Below, piece by piece: positions 1-14,044 of a stretch of DNA of 64,000 nt (its first letter is position 1; each line of letters begins with the position of its first letter). The stretch is from Octopus vulgaris (taxonomy: Eukaryota): NCBI GenBank assembly GCA_951406725.2, contig OX597814.1, positions 209,622,001 to 209,686,000 of the forward strand. The letters run 5' to 3'. The notes under the pieces were generated by a model that worked only from the letters and a program-made list of their open reading frames with translations, did no database searches and was not told the origin of the DNA. Both the position numbers and the translations under genes were made by a program.

Positions 1-232
1 TGTGTAAATACAACTGTGAGAGGCAAGCAAATGAACGTCCAAAAGCTTACCCAGTCTGTGTGGGGCACAATAACCACAAAATTATGGTGACTGATTCTTC
101 AGTTTGGTTTCAAGGACAACAAAAAAAGAAATGTTTTTATTGGGGATGGTTCCAGAAAATTTCATTTCAATTTTCCTGAAAAATCTCTTTTGAGAATGAA
201 TAAGTATTCAAAATGCTACAGATTTTTTGCAC

Positions 233-376
233 CATACATACATACATACATACGTACATACGTACGTACATACATACATACATACATACATACATACATA
301 CATACATAAATACATACATACGTACGTACATACATACATACATACATACGTACGTACATACATACATACATACGTT
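233..376. repeat. (CATA)n tetranucleotide microsatellite with CGTA variants
   Basis: Tandem catacata... read directly; source of spurious MYVC ORFs. Confidence 0.95.
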
Positions 377-2166
377 CATAATAATAGAATAGAAATGTTC
401 TGAGATTTTCCAGATTTATCTTAGTTCTAAGTGAATTCTTCGAACAAGGTACATTATTCAATATGTTTGGAATTGCAGAAATGAGAAGTAATAAGATTTT
501 AACCATTTTCCAAGATAATTAGTTTTGGTTGGGGGAAATGGCATGACCTGGCCACAAAAGCAACATGACAATGTTGGTACTTCAAGACTTTTTCAAAGCT
601 CATCACATTCTGTTTGAAGTCATGGATTTCCAACTTTGGGCCAAGGTAAATTATTCTTATAAATGTTATATACACATTCGTCCTCACACATTTCGAGCAC
701 GGATAGTGACGGAGCGATGGAAGCAAAACAAAGTGAATCAGGGGTAACAGAAAATCATTGCAACACACAGTTCCACTTTTTATTCCACATTGAGCCGGAT
801 TAATCTGTAGTGCGCAACTAGTGTAGATCTGATTTAGTTAATGGTGTAGTACATAATGTAAGTTTAATAGTACAATGAGTAAACCAAGGCTTGAATAATA
901 CCAAGATGCCTGCAAATGCATTAGTAAAAATGTTAAAAGAAACTGAAAGGTATCATATAATAGTTTTGCCCGGTGATTTAAAAAAAATGCATTTGGCTCA
1001 AATTGTATATGATTGAAAAAAAGCATTAATCACGGTTGCAGTAACTTGCATCATGGGGAATAAGACGAATGAAATATAATAGCAAAATAAAAATAATAAT
1101 AATAATAATAATAAGCAAACAAAGCAAAAAACCCCTAAAATAAAGAAGGAAAAGCAGCAAGACAAATAAAGTAGAAAATACCTCCTCACCCTCGAAAAAC
1201 CCCCAAACAAACTAGATATATATCAAAATAAAATGCAATCAAGAGTTTGCTAATTAATTGTGACTAAATTCAATTAAAGATTTCAGTTGTAAGTCACGAC
1301 AACAAGGCTAGTTGCAGTATTTCTTTTACAGATATCCATTTATATGTTAGAGCGGCCTTTAAATATAAAGAAGAGGAATGTTCACATATCTCAGTGACTG
1401 ATCATATATTTTGCTGTATTTAAATTTTTTTTTTTGCATTTGATTTTGAATCCAAAGAATGTGGTCGGAAATAAATACTGTTTTTATCTTATTTTACTCC
1501 ACAGGTGATAATTGCCTAATAATCACACCATATATCATGCATTTATCATTAGCTACAGCAGGTGGGGGAAATATATGAAGATTGCGTGATCTGTTGACAT
1601 TTTTCGATGCACGCAGTATATGTAATGGAGATAGATACTTAATGCAAAAGACTTGCTTTACATGCAAGCAAAGAAAAATTATTTGCTCGAAGAAATAACA
1701 ACAACACATAAAATAGAAACAAGAAATACGCAAGAGACACGAAATACGAAAAGATGTAGTCTTCAAATGATTGTCGTTTTGTGCTTAATAGAAAAATATA
1801 AACATGCCAAATACCGCATGGCATATATAACATAAATGTCAATTTGTAGATTTGTTTAACTACTATTTTAACAGAAAAATAGAAGTTTCTATTTGTAGCG
1901 AAGCGATCGTATCGATAATTTGTAAGATGCATATCAAATGTAACACGTACGATGTTATTTTAATGTCTTTCTAGATTATAGTTGGTAATATCTAAATTTG
2001 ATTATAAAACTGTCATTTTACCGCAATATAGATACTACCCCAGTATACATAGATACAAACGTTCATGTATAGATGTATATGTGTGTATCGTTCTCTCTCC
2101 CACTTTCGCTTTCTCCCCCTCCCTCCCCCTCTTTCTCTCTGTTTTATATATATATATATATATATT

Positions 2167-2495
2167 GTTAGAAATGGTAAGACAACAAAAGAATGAAAGA
2201 GATCTCGATATTGTGTAAATAGAGGAATTTATCTGTAAATATAATACGTGACAATTATTCGGTAGCCATGATAAAACTCCGAGTTTCGGATGTCGGAGCG
2301 GAAACCCACGCCGCCATTTCTTCAGTTATCCTACCATCGAAAAAGTGCTATCAATTAACGGTCATTTTCATAGCACTTTTTCGATGGCCGGATAACTGAA
2401 GAGATGGCGGCATGGGTTTCCGTCCCCTTTTAATGTGGTTTAGACATTCGAAACTCTGAGTTTTATCATGGCTACCGAATAATTGTCACATATTA
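2167..2495 (-). mobile_element. Foldback short retroelement (PLE pLTR-like) with a hammerhead motif on each arm
   Basis: Arms 2242-2351 and 2370-2495 are imperfect inverted copies. A second family member lies at 49818-50102. Flanked by (TA)n and (CA)n. Confidence 0.7.
2270..2330 (-). ncRNA. Minimal type I hammerhead ribozyme motif
   Basis: Minus strand: GAUAA-CUGAAGA-aAUGgCGG...CCGaCAUcc-GAAAC-UCGGA-GUU-UUAUC. Stem I GAUAA/UUAUC. A mirror copy lies on + at 2391-2467. Confidence 0.6.
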
Positions 2496-2530
2496 CACAC
2501 ACACACACACACACACACTTGAACACATAC

Positions 2531-2611
<81 letters not shown>

Positions 2612-2879
2612 ACAAACACACACGTATTTATTCTCTATGCTTTTCATACACTCAGACGATTGCGGCAATGCTGATTCACGGTCTTGAAGAGTTTATTGAA
2701 GAAAGTTACCCTGGCAGTCATTCTATCAATTCTAATTGTTGACCAACTTGATCACTGGGACATAAGCAAACCTACCCCAGTTGTCATAGGCTGGTGAGGG
2801 ATAAACACAAACACGAAACCACACGTACACACACACATACACACACATATACGCGCGCATTCTTCGTATGTTAGTATCA

Positions 2880-2933
<54 letters not shown>

Positions 2934-3281
2934 TTACCTATCTATACATTTATCACAACTGGACACCGATATATCTTATGATTTTATATGATTTTAAATG
3001 ACGGTGCAAGTGTAAGGATATCTTAGGTCGTACTGTCGAAATAGATTGAGAAATCTGTGAGAAATTTGAACTGGAATTAACATTTATACACGTTATATCG
3101 ACGCTCCTGTTTAAACCGCTATGTAAATATGTAAATTGGTAAATAAGAGAACTTTTGCATTATTCGTAAAACATACATTCTTTCCATTAGACAGCCAATC
3201 TGATGCTCCTGGCTTGTAAGAATCTTGAAGTTTAACCGGGATCATGCTTTTGTAAAGAGGCTTCTACGTATTTATTACATA

Positions 3282-3582
3282 CTAGCAGTATCGCCCGGCG
3301 TTGCTCGGGTTTGTAAGGGAAATAACTATATAAGCATTTTTAGAGAGTTATAGCCAAAAAATAGCAAAAACATGCATTAAAAATGGAAAAAAAATGATGG
3401 TAAATTTTTTTTTAAATCGTAGACTCATCGTAGACGTGCGCTAATACCCAGAAGGGCTCGATATGAATCACGACTATAAGATACCCGGTTTTGGTTAAAC
3501 TGCACCGCAAAATGTGGGAGTAGTTAGGAATCTAAATCGTAGGAGACAGACAGACACACAACTTCACTTTTATATATAAAGA
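3282..3582 (-). mobile_element. Non-autonomous Helitron
   Basis: Minus strand begins A^TC(tttatatata) and ends with hairpin CCCG-agcaacgc-CGGG (3294-3309) then CTAG^T. Inserted in AT with no TSD. Confidence 0.8.
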
Positions 3583-4189
3583 TATGATTGTAATTTTGCT
3601 TATAAATTTGTTGTCATATACGCTAAGGTGGCGTCCATATTAATTAATACTTCCGATCAACTTTGTATTTCTTTCAGGCCTAACGTGATTGTATTTACAT
3701 AATTCGAAATTAATACCGTTCACCAGGTTCTCTAGGCAATCCCGAACTAATTGATTAACTGACTCGATCTATTCCTTCGGCTGCTGAGAAATATGGATTT
3801 GAATGACGCGGATAATTTCCATAGCCAGTCCAACGATTTGTGTATTTAATATAGAATTTTAACTTTGTTTACAAACATACTTATACATACATATGTGCAG
3901 ATACATATACATTCGTCCATGATATATGTATGTGTGCGTGTGTGTATTTATAAATGAATGTATGTATGTCATTATTCAGTTTAATTCATCTCTTGCCAGT
4001 AGAAAAAGGACCGGTTTCTAACCTAGATCAAAGGCTCCTTCATTGGAATTTCCACATCAGCAACAGGGTATTTTTGTTTATTTGTTTATTTGTTTGTTTG
4101 TATGTATGTATTCTTATAGATATAGTTGCATATCTAGACATGCTCATACATATTTAAATGATAAACCTCTCAATAGTTAAGCATAGATA

Positions 4190-5220
4190 TTCTCTTCTTC
4201 GCTGATCTTCAGCTTTATGTTAACATCTGCTGGGAAGCTAATTTCCACAACTGTGCGCAGTTTCTCTTCTCTATCCCAAATCATTATTAAATCAGGTCTG
4301 TTGTGCTTATATATTTTTGAAGCCTTCGCTGCTACATTCCACCTGTATTCCTTCTTATTATGAGTGGCTTTGGCTTCTACTCTATTCTAGGTTCTTATTT
4401 CTTTATCTTCGGGCTTATCCTTTCGATGGATTTCATTATAGAGTGTTCTAGCTTCAACACCATGTCTCATCGGCAGATAATGCCGTCATGACATTTTCGG
4501 ACAACTGCTTTCAGTGTGGGTGATATCTTTAGTGTGAACTCCACAAAGTCTGCATCGGTTGTCATATTTTAAGGCTTTACCTGTATCTCTATCCATTTTG
4601 TACATCAGGTACTTGGTTCATATATTCCTCTATTGCAAAGGCATACCCTCAAAGTGGGAGGCAGTAATCCAGCTATTAGTGTATGATAAACTGCTTTGAT
4701 GATCGATGTTACTATCATCACGGAGCTTTCTACTGATATATCTAGGCATTGTCTTCTGCTCATATAGGCTCATCCTTTCATCTGAGGATATGTTGTGGTA
4801 GAGTCGTGCGACTTCTTTGGGCATGTTTTCGAGGTTATCAGACAAAGAGTGTTGTTTAAGGAGCTGCCTTCCGAGTATTATGATGTTATCAGCCTCATGT
4901 ATGCAAACTTGGTCAAGAGATGCACTTCGACACTTGGTGGTTAAACGATGTTGCCGAAGGGATACGGTGCGACATTCAAGGGCATTTTGGACCGAGGTTA
5001 AACCTCTGTCGCCTTATTTTCATTTTAGATAGCGGCGATCTACGTCGCTGTTTATGTGGAAATTATATGTGTTTGTTAGAATATTTCGGGTTTTCACATC
5101 GATGGCTCAGATCTCATCAAGCGTCCAATCAAGCAGCTCAAATGTTGGTACTAGTACTGGCTCTGTAAACAGATTGTGGGCCACTGTTTTATTGAATGCA
5201 GAGTTCTGACGTCCAAATTT
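4190..5220 (-). mobile_element. Degenerate non-LTR retrotransposon, RLE type (R4/Dong-like C-terminus)
   Basis: Interrupted minus frames give CRLCGVHTKDITHTESSC (CCHC knuckle) followed by HNRPDL...WDREEK...EISFPADVN (RLE PD motif). Confidence 0.7.
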
Positions 5221-5280
5221 TCTTTATTCGGTTTTAATATTCTTTAGTGATACGTGTTTTGTTACAGGTGCCATTGTAAA

Positions 5281-5281
<1 letters not shown>

Positions 5282-5311
<30 letters not shown>

Positions 5312-5329
5312 TGTATGTATGTATGTATG

Positions 5330-5360
<31 letters not shown>

Positions 5361-5361
5361 G

Positions 5362-5395
<34 letters not shown>

Positions 5396-5436
5396 TGTAT
5401 GTATGTATGTATATATGTAATCATGTATGTATGTAT
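5282..5436. repeat. (ATGT)n microsatellite, followed by degenerate GT-rich low-complexity sequence to about 6240
   Basis: Read directly. Confidence 0.9.
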
Positions 5437-6374
5437 ATTTCTGTGTGCTGCAAACGCATGGGCCTTGATATGTGTGCATGGGAGCATGTGTGTGTATGTG
5501 AACAAATAATTTAGAGCGTGCGTTGTGTGGAGTGATGTGCGTTTCATGGATTTGTGCGTGTGTGTATATTTGCGTGTGCAAACGCTTGTGTGTAGTAGTT
5601 GACATGTCCTCTTTCGGGTATAATATGTACATGTGTATGTGTGTGTGTGTGTGTGACCTTATAGTGTGCGTGTGTATTGTGTATGTTTGTGTGCAAATGT
5701 TGTTTGTGTTCATGCGTATGTGCGTTGTGTATGCATGTACATTTCGAATGAATACTGTGTGTTGTGGGGAAATGCATAGAGTTGTGACGTGGGACAAGTG
5801 TGACGAGAGTTAGGGGTTGTAAGGTGGGATAGGAGTGAGGGCATGTGAGAAATGGGTAACGGGATTTAGGGATTCGCAGGTATAGGTTGCTAGTGTGTGT
5901 ATGTGGAGTAGCAAGGTGTGTGTGTGTGTGAATGCATATGCATAGGAGTGTATGTGTGTGGATGTGTGCATAGTGGTGTGTGGTGTGTGTAGTGATATGA
6001 ACAGTATGTTGTGGTGTTTGTATAGTTCTGTGTGTGGTGAAGATATTGTTGGAGTGTGTGTGTGGCTGTGCGCATAACGGTATGTGATGTGGGTACTGGG
6101 AGAAGTTGGGTGCTAGTGTGCACGGAGTGGGAAGGTGTATGTGGATGTGTGCGTAATGGTGTGTGGTGTGAGTACTGAATTAAGGAGTGTGTATGGGTGT
6201 TTGCATAGTGGTACGTGTGGTGAGGGTACTGAGTTAGGCGGTGTACAGATGTGGGGGCGGAGGGTTGGGGCAGTTGAGGTGGGAGTTGTGTGAGAATCTG
6301 TATGGGGTTGGTGTTAGTTGAAGAGAGTTGGCGAATTTAAGCCATATATGTGTGCGTGTGTGTCTGCGAGCGCG

Positions 6375-6419
<45 letters not shown>

Positions 6420-6420
6420 G

Positions 6421-6725
6421 TTTACGACGACGGTTACGACGACGAGGGTCCCAGCTGATACGATCAACGGAACAGCCTGCTCGTGATATTAACGTGCAAG
6501 TGACTGAGCAATCCACAGACACGCGTACTCCTAACGTAGTTCTCAGGGAGATTCAGCGTGACACAGAGTGTGACAAGGCCGGCCCTTTGAAATACAGGTA
6601 CAACTCATTTTTGCCAGCTGAGTGGACTGGAGTGACGCGAAATAAAGTGTCTTGCCCAATGACACAACGCGTCACCGGGAATCGAACTCACGACCTTACA
6701 ATCGTGAGGCGAATGCCCTAACCAC
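6421..6725 (-). mobile_element. tRNA-derived SINE, family A variant (family A 3' tail, different core)
   Basis: Tail shared with 6735-7118 and 37017-37401. Minus-strand head has gtggttagggcattc and gttcgattccc (B box). Confidence 0.7.
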
Positions 6726-6734
6726 ACACATGCA

Positions 6735-7118
6735 TGGAAGCACTCAGTCGGTTACGACGACGAGGGTTCCGGTTGGTCCGAATCAACGGAACAGCCTGCT
6801 CGTGAAATTAACGTGTAAGTGGCTGAGCACTCCACAGACACGTGTACCCTTAACGTAGTTCTCGGGGATATTCAGCGTGACACAGAGAGTGACAAGGCCG
6901 GCCCTTTGAAATACAGGTACAACAGAAACAGGAAGTAAGAGTGAGAGAAGGTTGTGGCGAAAGAGTACAGCAGGGATCACCACCATCCCCTGCCGGAGCC
7001 TCGTGGAGCTTTAGGTGTTTTCGCTCAATAAACACTCACAACGCCCGGTCTGGGAATCGAAACCGCGATCCTACGACCGCGAGTCCGCTGCCCTAACCAC
7101 TGGGCAATTGCGCCTCCA
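6735..7118 (-). mobile_element. tRNA-derived SINE family A, full length
   Basis: Near-identical to 37017-37401. A/B boxes tggcccagtggttagg and gtttcgattccc. 12-bp TSD acacacatgcat at 6724-6735 and 7120-7131. Confidence 0.85.
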
Positions 7119-8173
7119 AACACACATGCATACAAGTATACAAATACATAGTATACTGTGATAGCTCGTTCGTCAGTTGGATGCTGCCCTAGTTGCTACA
7201 GGCAAATACTATACGATTACAAGGCTATCTGTCTCACACTTTAGTTCCACATAATGTATTCATTTTCAAATTACGATCGTGGCAACTGTTCTTGCATGAG
7301 TATGCCAAAAGGCTGAAAGGATTACCTGATATTGTAGCACCGTCTATCTTGGTGTGTGTGACCTGGTCATAAAATATCAACAAAATATTTGTTTTCCATT
7401 ATGGCTTCTAGATCAGTATGATGAAATATCGCCATCTACACCCGTTGTAGGCATTTGTCTCTTGCCATGAAAGCCATAAAAACGAAGGCAATATATTTCA
7501 TTCATAACCCACTTGAAACATGAACGACAGCATGAAATTAACCACACTCACAAATGTTTAATGTGAACCAGTAGCGTTCTTAAACGATCTGATTTAAAGC
7601 ACACATACATACTCACAAATGTAAGAAGAGGGATATTAATATTAACCCGACATATTTTGTCTATGTTATCGAAAAGGCGCGCTCAACGCAATGTGTGTTT
7701 ATTCAGAGCGCAATATATAGAAATGCTAATAAACAGAGATCAGTCTAATCCTTATATATATTCCAATAATTTCAGTGGTTTATTTGCGCACCGAATCTGT
7801 CTCTTTCTCGCTTTTCTTTCAACACGCTCACACAGATACCGACAGGTGCACTCACACATATGTTCGATGGTGGCGTATTAGTTTACGATGAAAATATTGC
7901 CAAAATTAAATCAGAATAAGGACAATGTGACAAAAGAGATTTTTTTTTCTTCAGAGTGGGAAACCAATTACAACTGTTGTCTTGCCGACGCCCCTCATAA
8001 ATTCAGCCCCTTTAGTCGAAGGAGATGAGAAGTTATTAGAATGATGTATTTGTTTATCTATTTAGTGTTAATTCAGAATTATTCGTCGACCGCCAAAGAA
8101 GCTAAAGATTACTCTCACAAATCTTACAAATATCATATTAATGTATATACGAGTATGTGCAAGAACACACACA

Positions 8174-8347
<174 letters not shown>

Positions 8348-8719
8348 TTATGATATTTTCAGGAGATGCTAAAGGCATGATTAATGAAATTATAAATGAA
8401 TAGTAAAGAATATGAGAAAGCAAACAGAAGTAATGCGAATTTGTGTTTAAAATCGGGTCAAAACCTAATTCAATGAAGATCAATGCAAAGTTGATTAAAG
8501 TAGAACAGCTGTCAGAAAAGTTAAAATGCCAAAATATTATTCTATAGAAATACTGCAGCTGTCCCTCGAATAAGCACACCCACCACCTGGTAATCCTTCA
8601 GTAATAGTGTTTTCATTATTGCTTTTAAACTCGACGTTTTTGTTCTTTTCATCTAAACTCCCTCAATTCGTTTTGACCAAATGACTTCTTACTCCAGATA
8701 ACATTGATGACAATATTGC

Positions 8720-8896
8720 CACTGCTGCTGCTGCTGATGTTGTTGCTGCTGTTGCTGTTTGTTGTTGTTGTTGTTGTTGCTGCTGCTGTTGCTATTGTTG
8801 CTGCTGCTGCTACTATTAGTACTATTTCTCCTACTTCTAGCAGTACCCTTGTTATTGGTAGTTATGATGATGGTGATGATAATGACAATGACAATG

Positions 8897-8966
<70 letters not shown>

Positions 8967-8970
8967 TAAT
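8720..8970. repeat. Compound trinucleotide microsatellite (CTG/TTG/GAT/AAT)
   Basis: Read directly. Confidence 0.9.
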
Positions 8971-9936
8971 GGTAATACTAATATTAAAATAATGAGGAGA
9001 TATATCCTTTTCAGACATATCTAATCGATCTCAGAGAAATCTTGGAGCAAATATCATAGATTTCGATTATTAAGATATTTGAATTTTGCTCTTTTTGACC
9101 TTTCGCCAGTTCTTGGAGTCTGGCCATTCACTTTTAAGACTATCCATCATTCATCTTGTCATAGAAATAATACCTGAAGTGAACTATTGAGAACCAGGGC
9201 TAGATACGTCATATAAAAAGATCATTTTGATAAGCTGTAAAAATATTGATATTCGGATTTACAAACCTCAGCAAACAGTGATTGTTTTGGCTTTAAATCC
9301 CTACCGAAACGAAGTGTAAAGATAACCATATTGAACACATTCTTATTCTCTATAATTATGTATACGTGGCAGTTTTGCTTTTTCAGTTATCATTATTCAT
9401 ACAGTCTTTATAAATCGGTTTATACTAGAGAACGTAGTCTGATAGATATCTATTTCTAAATTAATATTTATATAAACTCGTATTCATTTCTTTCGAAAGC
9501 AAGGTAAATGGTTCATATTTACGTTCACATTTTTGTTTGTTTCGTTTTTTATCAGTTTCGGTCCTTATGTTGTGTGCAAGAGCTTAACTCGCTAGGACAA
9601 GTGGAATACCATTTAGATACAAAGAGCGAATTGCAAGTCCATAAGCATCAACGGTATAAATGTGCATCGAAAATAAATTTTAAAAAACCCAAATGAACGT
9701 GACAGTTTCTTCTTTCATATCAGTTTTGACAGAGGTCGTTAGCGGATGACTTCAAATTTCAATACGAGTGAAATTTTATCTTACAGGTTTCGAAGAACAA
9801 TCAGAGTAGTAATATGAGATGTTCTGAGTAAAATTGTAACTACAGATTAGCTGTATCAGCTGTTTGTTAAAATTATTTCATACTAAATTCTACACACATG
9901 TAATAATTATATTTGTTATTATTAATCGGGTCTCTA

Positions 9937-10150
9937 AGGTGGTGAGCTGGCAGAGTCGTGAGCATGTCGGACAAAATGCTTAGCGACATGTAGTTTGTCT
10001 TTCCATTCTGAGTTCAGATTCCGCTGATATCGACTTTACCTTTCATCCTCTTGGGGGTCGATAAAATAAATATCATTTGAACACTGGGATCAATTTTATC
10101 GACTTGCCATCTTCCCCAAAAATGCTGGTCTTCTGTCAAAACTTGAAACC
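9937..10150 (+). mobile_element. SINE family B, older diverged copy
   Basis: ggtggtgagctggcagag...tttcatcctcttgggggtcgataaa matches the family B consensus. Confidence 0.7.
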
Positions 10151-10391
10151 ATTATTAATCTGCACTCTATTTGCGCTTATATTCACATTTACTCTAAATG
10201 TTAGAATTATCTTTTTTCTACACGATGCAATGTTATTCCATATTAAGCACTTAAGTTTATTCCGAGATCAGCAATTTTCAACATACTCCGATGTATTTCT
10301 TTTATTCCAAAAGATATGTATATCTCTGAATCATAACACGTATGCTTTAGTAACGCTTCTTCTTCTTTTTCTTCTTCTTCTTCTTCTTCTT

Positions 10392-10504
<113 letters not shown>

Positions 10505-10690
10505 CAGAGTTGTTAGCGCGATGGAGAAATCTATTTTCTGCAGTTGATCCGACTCGTTATGTTTCTAGTTCAATTTTCGTCGAGGTACATTTCGCCGTTC
10601 ATTCTTTCGGAGTCGATATAATATATTCCCAGTAAATCAGTGGCGGGGGGCGGGGGTCTATGTAATCAACTATCCTCCTCCCCTAATAAA

Positions 10691-11165
10691 GGCGGCGAGC
10701 TGGCAGAAACGTTAGCATACCGGGCGAAATGCTTAGCAGTATTTCGCCTGTCTTTACGTTTTGAGTTCAAATTCCGCCGAGGTCGACTTTGCCTTTCATC
10801 CTTTCGGGGTCGATAAATTAAATACCAGTAACGCACTGGGGCCGATATAATCGACTTAATCCGTTTGTCTGTCCTTGTTTGTCCCCTTGTGGGTTGTAAA
10901 GAAATAGGTATTTCGTCTGCCGTTACGTTCCGAGTTCAAATTCCGCCGAGGTCGACTTTGCCTTTCATCCTTTCGGGGTCGATAAATTAAGTACCAGTAA
11001 CGCACTGGGGTCGATGTAATCGACTTAATCCGCTTGTCTGTCCTTGTTTGTCCTCTCTATTTAGCCCCTTGTGGGTAGTAAAGAAATAGGTATTTCGTAT
11101 GTCTTTACGTTCTGAGTTCAAATTCTGCCGAAGTCGACTTTACATTTCTTCGTTTCCGGGTCGAT
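10691..11165 (+). mobile_element. SINE family B multimer
   Basis: ggcggcgagctggcagaaacgttagc head; body repeated after aaagaaataggtatttcg junctions. Confidence 0.85.
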
Positions 11166-11555
11166 ATGATGCAATATTATTCCTTATTATGAACTTACTC
11201 AAGTTTATTCCGAGATCAGCAGTTTTCGAAATATTCCGATGTATTTTTTTTTATTCCAATAGATATATAGATCTTTGAATCATAACACGTATGTTTTAGT
11301 ACTGCACGAATATACGTCTGAGGCAACAACTACTTTACGGCTGGTAAATGTGATTCTCAAATCAGTTTCCGTGACATGCAGAGTAGAATGGAATGTCTAC
11401 TCGGCAAAAGATTTAGTATTCATCTCTGTTTCACTCATCCTTCCCCCTAGTGGAAAATATAAGAAACCACGACGACGACGACCACCACCATCACCACCAA
11501 TACCACCACCACCACCACCACCACCACCAATGCCATCATTATCATCATCATCATT

Positions 11556-12542
11556 ACTTTTCAGTAGTTTTATTTTTATAGCGTGCTTTCACTTCACTAC
11601 CGAGCGCAGCTCTGTATGCCTTGGGTATGTGCTGTGGTTTGCTGTGATGCTCTTATGGTTACTGTATTGAAAGTGTTCTGCGTAGGATGTGTGCAGTACC
11701 CAGTAGTGCAATTTTCTGTATGTTATATATATTTATAAGTCCTGGTGGTTTTGTTATGTATTTGTCTGAATAGTTTTTTTATCATACCTAATGCGCCTAG
11801 TATGATAGGAATTGTTTCTGTTTTTAGAGTCCACGCTCGAGTTACCTCTATTTCCAGGTCTTATCATTTTGAAAGTTTCTCCATTTCTTTTAAAGAAACG
11901 TTGTCATCTACTGGTATTGATTCATCAATTAGAAAGTATTTTTTTCTTCATGATCTCTGACAACTATTTCTTTATCTGTGTGTATTGACATATCCCAGAG
12001 TATGGTTGCTTTCTCGTTTTCTGCGACCTTTTCTGGTGTGTGCCTATACCATCTTTTTCTGTTGTTATTCCATAGTGTTAGCATAGCTTCCAGTGTATGT
12101 AGGTCCCAACTCTGTTGTGTCTGTGAATATATTCCTTCTTAGCCAGGACTGGGCAGCCAGAGATAATATGATTTATTGTTTCTTGTCCATCTTCACATAT
12201 TCTGCAGTTATTTGTTATATTTCTTTTCATTATATGTTTTTGGTAATTTCTGGAGAGGAGCTTTGGTCTTGTGCTGCAATTAAAAATCCCTCTGTCTCTG
12301 CTTTGAGTCCTGAGCTTCTCAACCACTGCTGAAGTTTTTCTTTGTCTATTTCTTTTGCGTTTAGTTTAGTCCAGTATTTGCCATGAACGGGCTTTTCTAG
12401 GTATCGTTTTCTCATGGTCTATTGTTGTTCAAGTTTTAGTTTGTATTTCATTTGTTTTATAGCTTTTGTTGTTTCTTCTTCGTGTTTATTAGGTAGTATG
12501 GTTTCTTATTTGTATTTGTCAGCTTCCTTAAATACTGAGAAC
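11556..12542 (-). mobile_element. RLE-type non-LTR retrotransposon 3' fragment (R4/Dong-like) with 3' UTR
   Basis: ORF pieces HGKYW...ETEGFLIAAQDQS and CRICEDGQETINHIISGCPVLAKKEYIHRHNRVG (CCHC), then RLE ...FLID.SIP.D.N...EK...IPIILGALG...GTAHILRR. Ends at an (ATG)n microsatellite. Confidence 0.85.
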
Positions 12543-12917
12543 GGGGACATGGTCAACTGGTTACGGTCAAACAACTGACTAGCAAATCTATGGTATTGAG
12601 CAAAATATTTGCTGTAGACCATCTTTTGTTGTTGTTGTCGTCGTTGTCATTGTTGTTGTTGTTGTTGATAGCACGACAGGAGAAAAGAAAGATAAATTTT
12701 TCGCGTAAAAATTGTAGATATTAAAGTTTTAAAATTTTCTAGAGATGTTCGTTTGTAAGTCTGATCAGAGAAGACAGTAGTATATTATTATTATTATTAT
12801 CAATGATATTAATACGCCAATTTGTTTTTTGTATGTACCCATTTCTTTATTACCCACAAGGGGCTAAACACAGAGGGGACAAACAAGGACAGACATAGGT
12901 ATTAAGTCGATTAAAAA

Positions 12918-13115
12918 AATTTTAATTCGATCTCTTGTAATTTCTGGAAGAGATTTGAAACCGCATGCTCACTGGTCCACCGAAGAGCAACGATCGAGCT
13001 GTGTCATGCTTAAGAAATTTTGTTTGCTTGAATAAGAATTTCAATTCGATCTCTAGTAATTTCTGGAAGAGATTTGAAACCGCATGCTCACTGGTCCACC
13101 GAAGCGGCAACGATC
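12918..13115. repeat. Tandem repeat, period about 119 bp (about 1.7 copies)
   Basis: 12918-12995 and 13037-13115 are nearly identical. Confidence 0.85.
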
Positions 13116-13299
13116 TTAAAGGCAAACATTAAGATACTTAAATGTGACGCGTGTCGAGCAAGGGAGAGAGGAAGTGAGAAAGAAAGAGAGAGAGTGAGTG
13201 AGTGAGAGGGAGTGGCTGAATTCCTTTCTGTGATTGAACTGAAATTGACCCCTGGCTATTAAAGGATCAACCACATCCACACATACAGCACACACATAC

Positions 13300-13382
<83 letters not shown>

Positions 13383-14044
13383 TTGTTTTAGGTTTTCTGC
13401 CCATTTGAATTCGGCCATACACTAGATAACGTCTTATGTTCCGAAAACTGAATTTCGAATTTGTTTTCATTATAATATTACACTTCAGCTAAAAGAAAAC
13501 ACCTTTTGGCTTTCGAATACAACCTTTTCTTTCTCTTTCTATATTTTTGTTAAGTTACAATTTCTCTGTTTTGGTTAGAATTTTTCCAATTTCTTTTTTC
13601 TTGTATCAAATAATAGAGGAAAGTGCTAAAAAGATAATTAATTTCATAGAGCCAAACAAAATCAAAAATATTCTATTTTTTCCCTTTCCTTAATACTAAC
13701 AAGAACATTGTATGTGAGAGATTTAGCTATTATTTTTAGCAAATTGAACAACCACTCAGCGTTGTTCAGTCGACTCCTTTGTTGATGTGTATAAGCAAAC
13801 AAAAACTAAAAGACACACACAGCATGTCCACCGTCAAATGACTGAAACAAGTAAAAGAATAAAGGAATACGAGAAAAACGTTCCGTACCATTAAACCAAG
13901 AGGATTCTCTGAATATGTACGATGTATTTTAAGGCTAAATAGTAATTCTATTTACGTTTGTGTGACTGAGATATTTTGGTTGGATTATTAAGTTATCGGT
14001 TTCATCCTTCTTTATATATTCTGTAACTGTCGCAATATACTCTC

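Noticed and set aside
12918-13115. CRISPR-like repeat-spacer-repeat
   Set aside because: The repeats are 78 bp with only two copies, the context is eukaryotic and there are no cas genes; it is a simple tandem repeat.
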